DNA from: Granulosicoccaceae bacterium
GTDB lineage: Bacteria; Pseudomonadota; Gammaproteobacteria; Granulosicoccales; Granulosicoccaceae
DNA: 64,000 nt
Assembly: GCA_020629835.1 (NCBI GenBank)
Contig: JAHDCO010000017.1
Location: 398-64,397 of the forward strand
Reading direction: 5' to 3'
Positions within the stretch are counted from its first letter, which is position 1; every line of letters begins with the position of its first letter. The translations under genes and the position numbers were made by a program. Shown here piece after piece: positions 39,101 to 46,955 of this stretch. The notes below the pieces were generated by a model. The model saw only the letters and a program-made list of their open reading frames with translations, was not told where the DNA came from and searched no databases.

Positions 39101-41462
39101 CCGTTGCGGTGTCAACAATGGCGACGCTGTTGTTATCCGGGTTGGTGACCCAGACTTCGTTCGTTTGGGTAATTTCCAGTAAGCCGTTCGACGCCGAAGG
39201 TTTCGTTGTCGATGTGTTGTCGTGAATCATTTGAGTAAAGGTTTCCACCGAATCCACGCCGCTCGCGTTTCTTACGGTGACCGATACGACGTAACGACCG
39301 GGAGACTGGAACGTATGACTGATGGTGGAACTGGTACTAAATGGCGTATCGCCTGTGCCGTCTCCGAAGTTCCAGCTGTATACCAACCCGGTGCCTGTAG
39401 CCTGTGCGTTGTAGCTAACCGCTGTGCCGGATAACTCTGGACTTGCCGTAATAGGGGATACGTTCGCAGGATCGCTGGTATTGCCCGTACCGTTCGCATC
39501 CGCGTTGATCCGAATCACCTCAGCTTCAGAAGGCACACCGTTAGCATCAATAGCAAACAACATCCAGTAACCGGGTGTAGCGACGTTCGGGTTGCTGTGC
39601 ACCGTTACTTGGTAGCTACCGTTACCTAAGTTGACGAAATCAGGTCGAAAGAATCGCTGGTCAGTATTCATTGAATGAGTAACCGCCGACAATCGTGTCA
39701 TGGTGAATTCACTAATGTTTGAGGTACTGGTCACCAGCAAAGATTCACCATGATTGGCATCAGCCACCGCCGCGGTTATAACCGGTCGTGTCGCTAAATC
39801 GCCGTTGTCATCAAAAAGATAAGACGGGGAAAATATTTGCGCATCTTGATGTGTACCCCCAGCATTAGGATTGCCGGATGAGTAACCACCTCCAGCAGTA
39901 ATAACGCGACCGTCGACCATGAGTAGAGCGGTGGAGTGGTAATCACGCGGTACCGTCATCGCTGCCGTTAGCGACCATTGACCGGTATCCGGGTCCCATA
40001 CCTCGGCCTCCATCACGCTGCCGTTGTCTTGAAATTTTGCGCCTGTGGTGTTTCCACCAACGGCCATAACACCACCGGTGGGTAACACAACGAAGTTGTG
40101 AAACTTTCGGGGGTAGATCATCGGTTGAATGCTTTGAATTTTTGGCGTACCGGTATTTAAATCCACGGTAAACGCTTCGCGTGGCACATCGTCGTTGCGG
40201 TTCCAACTGCCGTCGTTCGAACCTGAAATCAACAGTTTCCCTTCGTCGTACATCACCTGTACGCCACCAGCATGCTCTGTGTGGTCGTGGTCAGAGTGAG
40301 CGTGTGTTGAGTGCCCGTTACCTTCGGTTGAAATGAAGTGCGTTTCAATCGGATCCCAATAATGAAAAACATCGCCATTGGGAGCTTGCGATAGCAGTGG
40401 GAACCAGTTATGCGGAGAGCGGCGAGTTCGTAATTCGATAAAATCAATGCCGTTGAGTACCCTCCAGCCACTGTCACTTGAAAAAAGGTCTGGGTTTCGA
40501 ACGTTGGTTGCCGAACCCATGGCGGTCATGATGTTGCCATCGCCCAACGTTAGGGTAGTTGGGTACCAGCGGCCGCCACTGGCCATGTTTTCCAAGGGTT
40601 TCCAATCGTCTTCGGTTGGGTCAAACACCGTTGTCCAGGGACTGTTTGAGCCGTTACGTCCGCCGGTGACAAAAATGTTCCCATCTTCCATTGAGGTGAG
40701 CGTCCCGCAGAACATGTTGTGCCCTGTGTGAAGACGTTCAGTGAAGGAATCAGTAATCGGATCCCAAATGACGCTGTAGGTTTGTTCGGTGCTTGGCCAC
40801 GTGCGGCGTTCAGAACCGGAATAGGTCAGTATGCGTCCATCCGGTAGGTTTGCCATGGACACTGCAACCAATGGCCACTGCTTTACCGGCCCCCAGGAGC
40901 CCAGTTGTGATGGTCCAGGTTGTGGCCCAAACTCAATGGTCGCTCGACGGGTATTTCCGGTTGGTTGAACGGCTGTGAGCTCATGCAGAGTCGTGCCATT
41001 TGCATCCTGCAGTTGAATATCGTAAACGTCACGGACTTGACAGCAGTCCAGTCGACCAACGATATCTAAACGAGAAATTGGGGTAGGTGCAGCTAAAACG
41101 ATGATCAGTGTGTCCGGAGACTGCCCAGAAGAATGGTAGTAATTTGCCTGAGCATCCACTCCAGGGGACGCATTTCCGTCAATGGTATGTCGCGGGCCGT
41201 ATCGATTAACGTCACCGTATGTGCCGGAGGATATTGCGGTTGCACCGTTCGTGAGTAATGCTGCATCTTGCAGAGTGTCTTTATTTATCGCGATGATTTC
41301 TGCAATTTGCAGCGGTGTATTTCCGCCGCTGGCGTGGGTAACGACTATGCGTGATACGTCATCTATGGCATTGGCTAGCACGTTATTGCCAGCGAATGCG
41401 AAGACAAACCCCATTAATAAGTAGCGGGCAAGGCCTTTTGCACCAGTGTTAGGGCCAGTCAT
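36102..41462 (-). CDS. exported multidomain protein: galactose-oxidase-like copper radical oxidase (Kelch propeller plus DUF1929 Ig), PKD, YVTN beta-propeller, di-heme cytochrome c peroxidase-like domain and two DOMON/CBM9-like repeats
   Basis: Signal peptide after ATG 41462 (ORF track starts at TTG 41510); HNMFC, RWYP, RDYHS and VTHSMNTDQR; YSWNFGDG (PKD); VGENPRSLA; CAACH and CASCH; APYLHDGS. Confidence 0.85.
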   Translation of the reverse strand: MTGPNTGAKGLARYLLMGFVFAFAGNNVLANAIDDVSRIVVTHASGGNTPLQIAEIIAINKDTLQDAALLTNGATAISSGTYGDVNRYGPRHTIDGNASPGVDAQANYYHSSGQSPDTLIIVLAAPTPISRLDIVGRLDCCQVRDVYDIQLQDANGTTLHELTAVQPTGNTRRATIEFGPQPGPSQLGSWGPVKQWPLVAVSMANLPDGRILTYSGSERRTWPSTEQTYSVIWDPITDSFTERLHTGHNMFCGTLTSMEDGNIFVTGGRNGSNSPWTTVFDPTEDDWKPLENMASGGRWYPTTLTLGDGNIMTAMGSATNVRNPDLFSSDSGWRVLNGIDFIELRTRRSPHNWFPLLSQAPNGDVFHYWDPIETHFISTEGNGHSTHAHSDHDHTEHAGGVQVMYDEGKLLISGSNDGSWNRNDDVPREAFTVDLNTGTPKIQSIQPMIYPRKFHNFVVLPTGGVMAVGGNTTGAKFQDNGSVMEAEVWDPDTGQWSLTAAMTVPRDYHSTALLMVDGRVITAGGGYSSGNPNAGGTHQDAQIFSPSYLFDDNGDLATRPVITAAVADANHGESLLVTSTSNISEFTMTRLSAVTHSMNTDQRFFRPDFVNLGNGSYQVTVHSNPNVATPGYWMLFAIDANGVPSEAEVIRINADANGTGNTSDPANVSPITASPELSGTAVSYNAQATGTGLVYSWNFGDGTGDTPFSTSSTISHTFQSPGRYVVSVTVRNASGVDSVETFTQMIHDNTSTTKPSASNGLLEITQTNEVWVTNPDNNSVAIVDTATATRTALIPVGENPRSLALAPDGRVWVVNKDSATISVINTASRTVVNTLSLDRASRPHGIVFNSHSAYVTLEAVNELLQLDASNGAEKNRINAGLRPRHVSINADGNTVYVSNYITDKIPGEHGANPDVGNTGASIVEFSATPTALNEERVITLAHSDKVPSENEGPGLPNYLGPMVIAPNGLTAWVPSKQDNILSGSLRGKEGMTFDQTVRAITSKVDLNNGTEVLAGRVDHDNASVASHGAFGPNGLMLFVSLEGNRQIALIDALTNLEYARFDTGFAPQSLLLSNSGTTLFVHNFLDRSLGVFDVTEATLRGKSDVDEIATVSLVNSETLSAEVLKGKKLFYDSRDDRLAGLDYMSCAACHNDGEHDGRSWDFTGLGEGIRNTTSLRGMGKNTGRLHWTANFDEVQDFEIQLRNFNGGEGLMDDVDYLTGTTANPFGSPKAGLSTDLDALAAYVASLETALPSPLRADNGELTPDAAQGRTTFANSGCASCHSGDTFTDSDSQQLHKVGTIDSDSGNRNGTTLDGFDTPSLLGVWSSAPYLHDGSAATLEDAIAAHANTTLNGASLSQVAAFVAQIDSTEPAVQPPVVDPTPEVEVPDGPYSTIANIVIDGTLSDWPIEALLATDAQDATGRSNRLDFMRVWAAHDNQNVYFRYDNHAPNDVELVWGNSIGLDMDGSATGYSAGNLPIGIDYLIEGENIHRYTGDGESWSWQWLGTVRNSLNGQSIEMAVPRTLIGNPESFNLIFSADNASVGGSAIDFVPDTATDTEAMIDTRFMSYSFGDTIDQPTPNPTPPSAIYSNSMSSVTINGNLNEWQAVDPLGVDPNDVTPDTGTLDFLTIWAGHDANHFYFAWENDGPSEITWGNAILMDTDLNSGTGFRGFLNDSPIGIDYLAEGNSVFRYTGNGNDWSWNYLGSSNVATNGNNIEVQIPAAMIGNPTSMELFLRGDSASIGGIGIDVFPDLADQITAPITERRIRYTRDSNQQAIDQQAASNTVDQ

Positions 41463-41665
41463 AGTAGTCAACCTTAGGTCTTCGGGCGGTATTAGCGCAG
41501 GTTCACTCAATCCGAGCGATTACCTATCTAAACAACACCAAACTGTCGGTGTTGCAAAACCCTTGCCTCGAAGAGGATTTGCGATTTGTCGACTAGGGGC
41601 GTTGCAATTACACGTGACTCAAATTAGAGTCCCGGCTCGCTGAAACGAGAAACGGAGCAATTAAC

Positions 41666-41904
41666 ATGAAATCGAAATACAAAAACCAATTTTCCTTTTG
41701 AGCCCACTAGCAAAAGAAGACGAGGGTACCCATCTGAAACGAACGTTAAGAGGGGACATAGGGTTGTTCACGGTAGTAAAGAGTTAACTGAAAAGCTCGG
41801 TCGGCAAGATCTGTGTCCGTGCAACTCGGGCAGAAAATTCAAAAAATGCTGTCTAAAGTCTGGTTGCTTTTGACGGAATTAATCGACACGATTACTCAAG
41901 ATAG
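41666..41904 (+). pseudogene. SEC-C metal-binding small protein interrupted by two +1 frameshifts
   Basis: Middle frame reads [16 protein letters not shown]...[20 protein letters not shown]. Removing one T from each of the T-runs near 41696-41699 and 41868-41871 restores ATG 41666 to TAG 41904. Confidence 0.7.
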
Positions 41905-41912
41905 AGAAACTA

Positions 41913-41937
41913 TGCGCGGCCTTTTGAGGGCCGCGCA
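41913..41937 (+). terminator. GC-rich hairpin, terminator-like
   Basis: TGCGCGGCC-TTTTGAG-GGCCGCGCA just after the SEC-C stop; no clear U-tract. Confidence 0.4.
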
Positions 41938-42589
41938 CTACGTTGATTATCTATCCGGTTTTATCGTGTTTTTGGTTGCAAGAAGCTCTATTGGGATTAA
42001 CCACAGTTGTTTCAGATTCGCTAGACGTATGTCTAAAAACGTTGACAATCCTGAACTAAAGCGCGTCTGTGTGTGAATCTTGGCTACATTTCCCTGTGCG
42101 ATTACTCCGGGTATTGATAGATAATTTTACGTGCGCGTAACCGCAGTCTTGTGGTATGAATACACGTGGACTTTAGGGCTGTATTTGTAGGTAATGGAGT
42201 CTTACTATATGAGACCAAGCAGTTCGTGCATTAGCCTATTGGCATTGACCGTATTATTTGGATGTGGGCAAAGTGACGATAGCTGTGATGATCTTGTAGG
42301 ATCGATAACCCACTCTACAGTTGAGATTACCGGGATTGAGGTGACCGATGCTTACAGGCGCAGTCCTGACAATGGCGTTCTCGAAGCAGTAAATCAGATT
42401 GATGGTGTTGAATTTTCCAACCTTGTTTTAACCACACGGTTTTTATGGGTTGAGGAGCAGCATCGATACCAATCTCCGAATACTTTTATTCAATCGTTAC
42501 TAGATAAGCTGGTCGCACCAGCACAGGCTGGAGTTTCCCCAGTTTGGTAGACACCTCTAATTGAGCGATAATGCTCGCAGAGGTGCCTC

Positions 42590-42898
42590 ATGACAAAAAG
42601 TAAGACCCGCAGAGAACGCAGAACATTCAGTGATGAGTACAAGCAAAATGTACTCGAGATGGTTCGTGCTGGCGATAAAACCATCTCACAGATCTGCCGA
42701 GAACTCGATTTAACTCAATCCTCAGTTCATAGCTGGATTAAGGCTGACAAAGAACACAACGGAACCATGACTCAGAACAGCTTATCCGAAACTGATCAGC
42801 AAGAGCTAGAACGGTTACGAGCAGAAAACAAGCGCCTAAAAACGGAGCGTGAAATCTTAAAAAAAGCGACGGCCTTCTTCGCCAAGAATTCTCTGTAA
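42590..42898 (+). CDS. IS3 transposase OrfA (HTH)
   Basis: RRTFSDEYK, ICRELDL, LKTEREILKKATAFFA; A7G slippery site at 42859-42866. Confidence 0.9.
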   Translation: MTKSKTRRERRTFSDEYKQNVLEMVRAGDKTISQICRELDLTQSSVHSWIKADKEHNGTMTQNSLSETDQQELERLRAENKRLKTEREILKKATAFFAKNSL

Positions 42899-43773
42899 GA
42901 TTTGAATTTATTTCGGCGCAGAAGGCCCATTATTCAGTATCAATTCTTTGCGAAGCCCTCAACGTTTCACGATCAGGCTATTACGCCTGGTGCAGTCGTG
43001 AAATGAGCAAAAGCAAACAAGCTAATTTAGCGTTGCTACACACCATGCGCTCTATTTTTAAGATGAGCCGGGAAAGCTATGGCAGCCCCCGTGTGCACGA
43101 CGCCCTGATTGATGCTGGGCATAAGGTTGGGTTGAATCGGGTAGCTCGCATCATGCGTGAAAACGGTTTAAGGGTACGGCAAAAAAGCAGGTATCGCTGT
43201 CGTACAACGTGTGCTGATCCGAAGAACCCTGTAATGTCCAATATTTTAGATCGAGACTTCACTGCGGCAAGAATGAATGAAAAATGGGTAACAGATGTGA
43301 CGTTTGTTCCGACTGATGAAGGGTGGCTTTATCTGGCCGCCGTACTCGATTTATACAACCGTGAAGTTGTTGGGTGGGCAATGGGTGACAGTAACAACAC
43401 TGATCTAACCGTACGTGCGCTGGATATGGCGCTTGAATCGAATAACCCACCTGTAGGACTGGTTCATCACTCAGACCGGGGCAGCAATTACACGTCTGGC
43501 GAATATCAAGAAGCTCTATCAGTGCGGGAGATGACAGTAAGCATGAGTCGACGAGGAAATTGCTGGGATAACGCGGTGGCTGAGAGTTTCTTTGCAACAC
43601 TTAAAAAGGATCTAATACATCGCTACAAATTTGAAACGCGGCGGCAAGCAGCATCAGCAATATTCGAATACATCGAGGTATTTTACAATCGCATACGAAA
43701 ACACTCTCGACTTGGTTACACTAGTCCCATACAGTACAAACACAATAACCCCCTAGCTGCAGTTGCAGCCTAA
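42865..43773 (+). CDS. IS3 transposase OrfB (DDE), expressed by -1 frameshift
   Basis: The -1 frame is open from the slippery site (LCEALNVSRSGYYAW), then YGSPR, WVTDVT, HHSDRGSNY and NAVAESFF. Confidence 0.9.
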   Translation, partial: SDGLLRQEFSVRFEFISAQKAHYSVSILCEALNVSRSGYYAWCSREMSKSKQANLALLHTMRSIFKMSRESYGSPRVHDALIDAGHKVGLNRVARIMRENGLRVRQKSRYRCRTTCADPKNPVMSNILDRDFTAARMNEKWVTDVTFVPTDEGWLYLAAVLDLYNREVVGWAMGDSNNTDLTVRALDMALESNNPPVGLVHHSDRGSNYTSGEYQEALSVREMTVSMSRRGNCWDNAVAESFFATLKKDLIHRYKFETRRQAASAIFEYIEVFYNRIRKHSRLGYTSPIQYKHNNPLAAVAA

Positions 43774-44189
43774 CCGGTGTCCACTAAATCGGGGGAACTC
43801 CAGGCTTGTTCTTTAGCCGTAGTTCGCGATAGCTATGAATCCGTTATTTCGGATATAAAGATATACAGCGATACGGATTTTAGTGCCGAGCATACTGCGG
43901 GCGATGATCTTTCAACGCTATTTAAAATTTCAGGTGGCATAGGCGATTTATCACTTGGCAATTCAGTAGCCATTAGCCCGCAAATGATTAATGAACGTTC
44001 GCTATCGTTGGAAGCGCTGTGGGTCGACGGACTGTTGCCTGTAGTACCTATCACACCTCGTACGCACAGGTTTACCCTGATGATAGTTCTGGAAGATGGC
44101 CGTGCATTTGAGACACAAGTAAGCGAAGTACTGCTTTCTGCCACCTAACACTCACAGTATTGGTAAGTCGCTGTCATTAACACCAACCC

Positions 44190-44780
44190 TTAAGGCATCC
44201 GCCAAACAGCCAACCCCACCACAATCAACAAACTTGCACCCATGGCTACCGAAATTGCACGTTGTGTAGCTGGTGGCAAATCCATACGTTGCAACGATAT
44301 GCCAGCCATCATCCATAACAGGTGAATGGGTATCCATATGCAGTTAATTAAAATAAATTTCAGGGCAATTTCTGTTACACCCTGAGTTGCTTCGAACGGA
44401 AAACCCGTAAACAACGTCGTATTCACAACGTATGCTTTGGGATTAATGGCCTGCAACGCTAATCCATCGCGAATTCCTGGTGGTGTTTGATTTTTTATGA
44501 ACGCGATTTGCGTTCCCGCAAGCGCTACTTTCAGAGCCAGGTAGGTGAGGTAGGCAATGGATGCATACAACAGCACAGTCTTTACGCCCGGTTGAGCGAA
44601 GACCAGCCCGGCGAGTCCGGTTACTACCGCCAGGGCGACAACATTGGTGCCGACAAACAGGCCAAAGACATATCGCAGTGCGGCGTCCCTTCCAAACGAG
44701 GCACCCACGCCGGCGGTGGACAGAACCCCTGGGCCGGGTGTGATCAGTAGGAAAAAAACGGCTGTAAGAAATACCAACAT
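44190..44780 (-). CDS. LysE family translocator
   Basis: ITPGPG, LYASIAYLTYLA and QAINPKAY. Confidence 0.88.
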   Translation of the reverse strand: MLVFLTAVFFLLITPGPGVLSTAGVGASFGRDAALRYVFGLFVGTNVVALAVVTGLAGLVFAQPGVKTVLLYASIAYLTYLALKVALAGTQIAFIKNQTPPGIRDGLALQAINPKAYVVNTTLFTGFPFEATQGVTEIALKFILINCIWIPIHLLWMMAGISLQRMDLPPATQRAISVAMGASLLIVVGLAVWRMP

Positions 44781-44944
44781 AATAGGGCGATAAGTAATTT
44801 GAGCGGCTTCGAAGCCTTATTGGTTCTGTCGTTGGACGTAATGCGTCGTAGTCAGGATATCAGAGGTGGCGCGGTAAACCGCTACAATTGATGGAGCAGT
44901 TATTCAATATCAATTAGTGGCCAGTTATTACAGGAAATGCGCGC

Positions 44945-46483
44945 ATGAATCAGCCTCAGCGAAAACCCAATATCGTTGTCATCATGGCCGATCAATTAGC
45001 CCCGCATTTCTGTGGCACCTATGACCATCCCTTGGTGCAAACACCCCACATGGATGCCTTGGCGGCGCGCGGCGTTAGATTTGATGCGGCCTATTGCAAC
45101 GCGCCCCTTTGTGCACCGTCGCGTTTTTCGTTTATGTCCGGGCAACTGATCTCCAAGATCGCAGGCTACGACAACGCCAGTGAGTTTAAAGCCTCTATTC
45201 CAACCTTCGCTCATGCACTAAGACATATGGGATACCGAACGTGCCTGTCGGGGAAGATGCACTTTGTTGGCCCCGATCAAATGCATGGATTTGAAGAACG
45301 CTTAACGACGGATATTTACCCATCCGATCACGCCTGGACACCTGATTGGGAAGCGGCTGATGAGCGTATTGATAAGTGGTATCACAATATGGATTCGGTG
45401 AAGGAAGCGGGTACGGCGGCCACTACGTTTCAAATCGAATACGATGATGAAACCTGCTTTTTTGCGCGGCGGCGCATTATGGAATACGCCATGAATTCGG
45501 TTGAACCGTTTTCGATGGTAATTAGCTTTATTCACCCACACGACCCGTATGTCGCTCGCCCTGAATGGTGGGATCTATACCAGTCTGATGAGATTGATTT
45601 ACCCAACACCGATGCGCCGAGCGATCCGCATACCGAACGTTTGCGTGTGGGTATTGAAGCGGATGTGGTTCAACCCACCGAACAGGAAATTCGAAACGCG
45701 CGCCAGGCCTACTATGCAAACGTCAGCTACTTCGATAGCAAGATTGGTGAACTGGTAAAAGCGTTAGATGAATCTCATCAACTGGATAACACGATCATCA
45801 TTGTGACGTCAGACCATGGCGACATGTTGGGCGAACGTGGCCTGTGGTACAAAATGAACTTCTTTGAGCATTCAGCCAGAGTGCCCATGGTGATTGCTGG
45901 CCCGGGTGTTTCACATGGTGTGTGCGATGAACCGGTATCTTTGGTGGATCTATACCCCACGTTTGTCGATTTGGCAGGCGGTGCCGACGAGATGCCCGAA
46001 GGTTTCACTGCAAATCTGGATGGCCGTTCATTAGTGCCGTTGTTGCAAAACCCAAGCACAGAATTTAGCGGTGAAGTCATTGCCGAGTACTGCGCTGAAT
46101 GCGCCAGCCACCCGATGTTAATGATTCGGGTGGGCGATTATAAATTTATCCACTGCGATGTTGATCCTGATCAATTGTTCAACGTGGTGAGTGACCCGCG
46201 TGAGCTGATTAACCTGGCTGCAGACCCAGAACATGCAGACACCTTAGCCAGTTTCAAAGCCAGGGTCGATGCGCATTGGGACAGTGAAGCTTTGCGTGAG
46301 GCGGTCATAAAAACGCAGCACCAACGGCGAGCCGTGCACGCCGCGATGGAGCAGGGAGCCTTGACGTCCTGGGACTATCAGCCGCCTCGGGATGCGTCGC
46401 AGGAATTTGTACGCAACCATATGGATTGGACTGTGGCCGCCGAGAAAACTCGATTTCCACCGTTCAAGCCATCAGAGTCTTAA
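44945..46483 (+). CDS. betC: choline-sulfatase
   Basis: IMADQL, formylglycine motif CAPSR, GKMHFVGPDQMHG, SDHGDMLGERGLWYKM and WDYQP. Confidence 0.92.
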   Translation: MNQPQRKPNIVVIMADQLAPHFCGTYDHPLVQTPHMDALAARGVRFDAAYCNAPLCAPSRFSFMSGQLISKIAGYDNASEFKASIPTFAHALRHMGYRTCLSGKMHFVGPDQMHGFEERLTTDIYPSDHAWTPDWEAADERIDKWYHNMDSVKEAGTAATTFQIEYDDETCFFARRRIMEYAMNSVEPFSMVISFIHPHDPYVARPEWWDLYQSDEIDLPNTDAPSDPHTERLRVGIEADVVQPTEQEIRNARQAYYANVSYFDSKIGELVKALDESHQLDNTIIIVTSDHGDMLGERGLWYKMNFFEHSARVPMVIAGPGVSHGVCDEPVSLVDLYPTFVDLAGGADEMPEGFTANLDGRSLVPLLQNPSTEFSGEVIAEYCAECASHPMLMIRVGDYKFIHCDVDPDQLFNVVSDPRELINLAADPEHADTLASFKARVDAHWDSEALREAVIKTQHQRRAVHAAMEQGALTSWDYQPPRDASQEFVRNHMDWTVAAEKTRFPPFKPSES

Positions 46484-46510
46484 GTCGGCCGCTGTGCCCT
46501 GTGCTGGACG

Positions 46511-46622
46511 CTGAGTTCTGAGTTCTGAGTTCTGAGCGCTGAGCGCTGAGTTCTGAGTTCTGAGTTCTGAGTTCTGAGCGCTGAGTTCTGAGTTCTGAGT
46601 TCTGAGTTCTGAGTTCTGAGCG
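46511..46622. repeat. heptamer tandem repeat, 16 units (12 x CTGAGTT and 4 x CTGAGCG)
   Basis: Counted directly; intergenic between convergent betC and the small PG-binding gene. Confidence 0.97.
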
Positions 46623-46653
46623 CTCTGGCTGATGCCGTAACTCAGCTGTTTCA

Positions 46654-46881
46654 CTACGCCTCAAATCGCATATGGTCAACAAACTCCGACGACAGAGAGT
46701 TGTTGACGGGCATCTGCTGCGTGCGCTTGTAGTTCCGCACGGCTCGTAATGTTTCCTTGCCCGGGATGCCGTCAATGGCACCGTTGTATAAGCCTTTCAC
46801 CACTAGGGTCTCCTGAATCATCATCACGTCGTCGGTGGAAACATTGGGGGATCCACGGTGATTCAGTTCGGTTAGCTGCAT
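46654..46881 (-). CDS. stand-alone peptidoglycan-binding (PGBD-like) small protein
   Basis: VMMIQETL..KGLYNGAIDGIPGKETLRAVRNYKR pattern. Confidence 0.72.
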   Translation of the reverse strand: MQLTELNHRGSPNVSTDDVMMIQETLVVKGLYNGAIDGIPGKETLRAVRNYKRTQQMPVNNSLSSEFVDHMRFEA

Positions 46882-46955
46882 GACGAAAACATTGTGTGCG
46901 TGAGGGGTTCGGGTAGCATACTGTCTCTTTATCGAATTTGCACCGAGTCCCCAAG

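Larger units (their letters stand above)
42529..43802 (+). mobile_element. IS3-family insertion sequence, 1274 bp
   Basis: TG...CA ends; IRL TGGAGTTTCCCCAGTTTGGTAGACACC versus IRR complement 22/27 identical; 3-bp target duplication GGC. Confidence 0.93.
42194..44148 (+). pseudogene. lipoprotein gene split by the IS3-family element (halves 42194-42528 and 43806-44148)
   Basis: Lipobox LFGC. Removing the IS and one GGC copy rejoins ...PAQA to CSLAVV... in frame, giving about 220-225 aa. Confidence 0.8.

Noticed and set aside
41520-41660. tRNA-like or structured RNA upstream of the SEC-C pseudogene
   Set aside because: Only a short GACTC/GAGTC hairpin; no cloverleaf, TTC loop or CCA could be built.
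41813-42076. 87-aa ORF in the ORF track
   Set aside because: It overlaps the frameshifted SEC-C gene and its hairpin and has no recognisable features.
46511-46622. CRISPR array
   Set aside because: Units are 7 bp and contiguous, with no spacers and no cas genes.
46464-46781. ORFs containing ELRTQNS repeats (46464-46781, 46472-46654)
   Set aside because: They are translations of the heptamer array, which lacks stops in these frames; there is no sign of a real protein.
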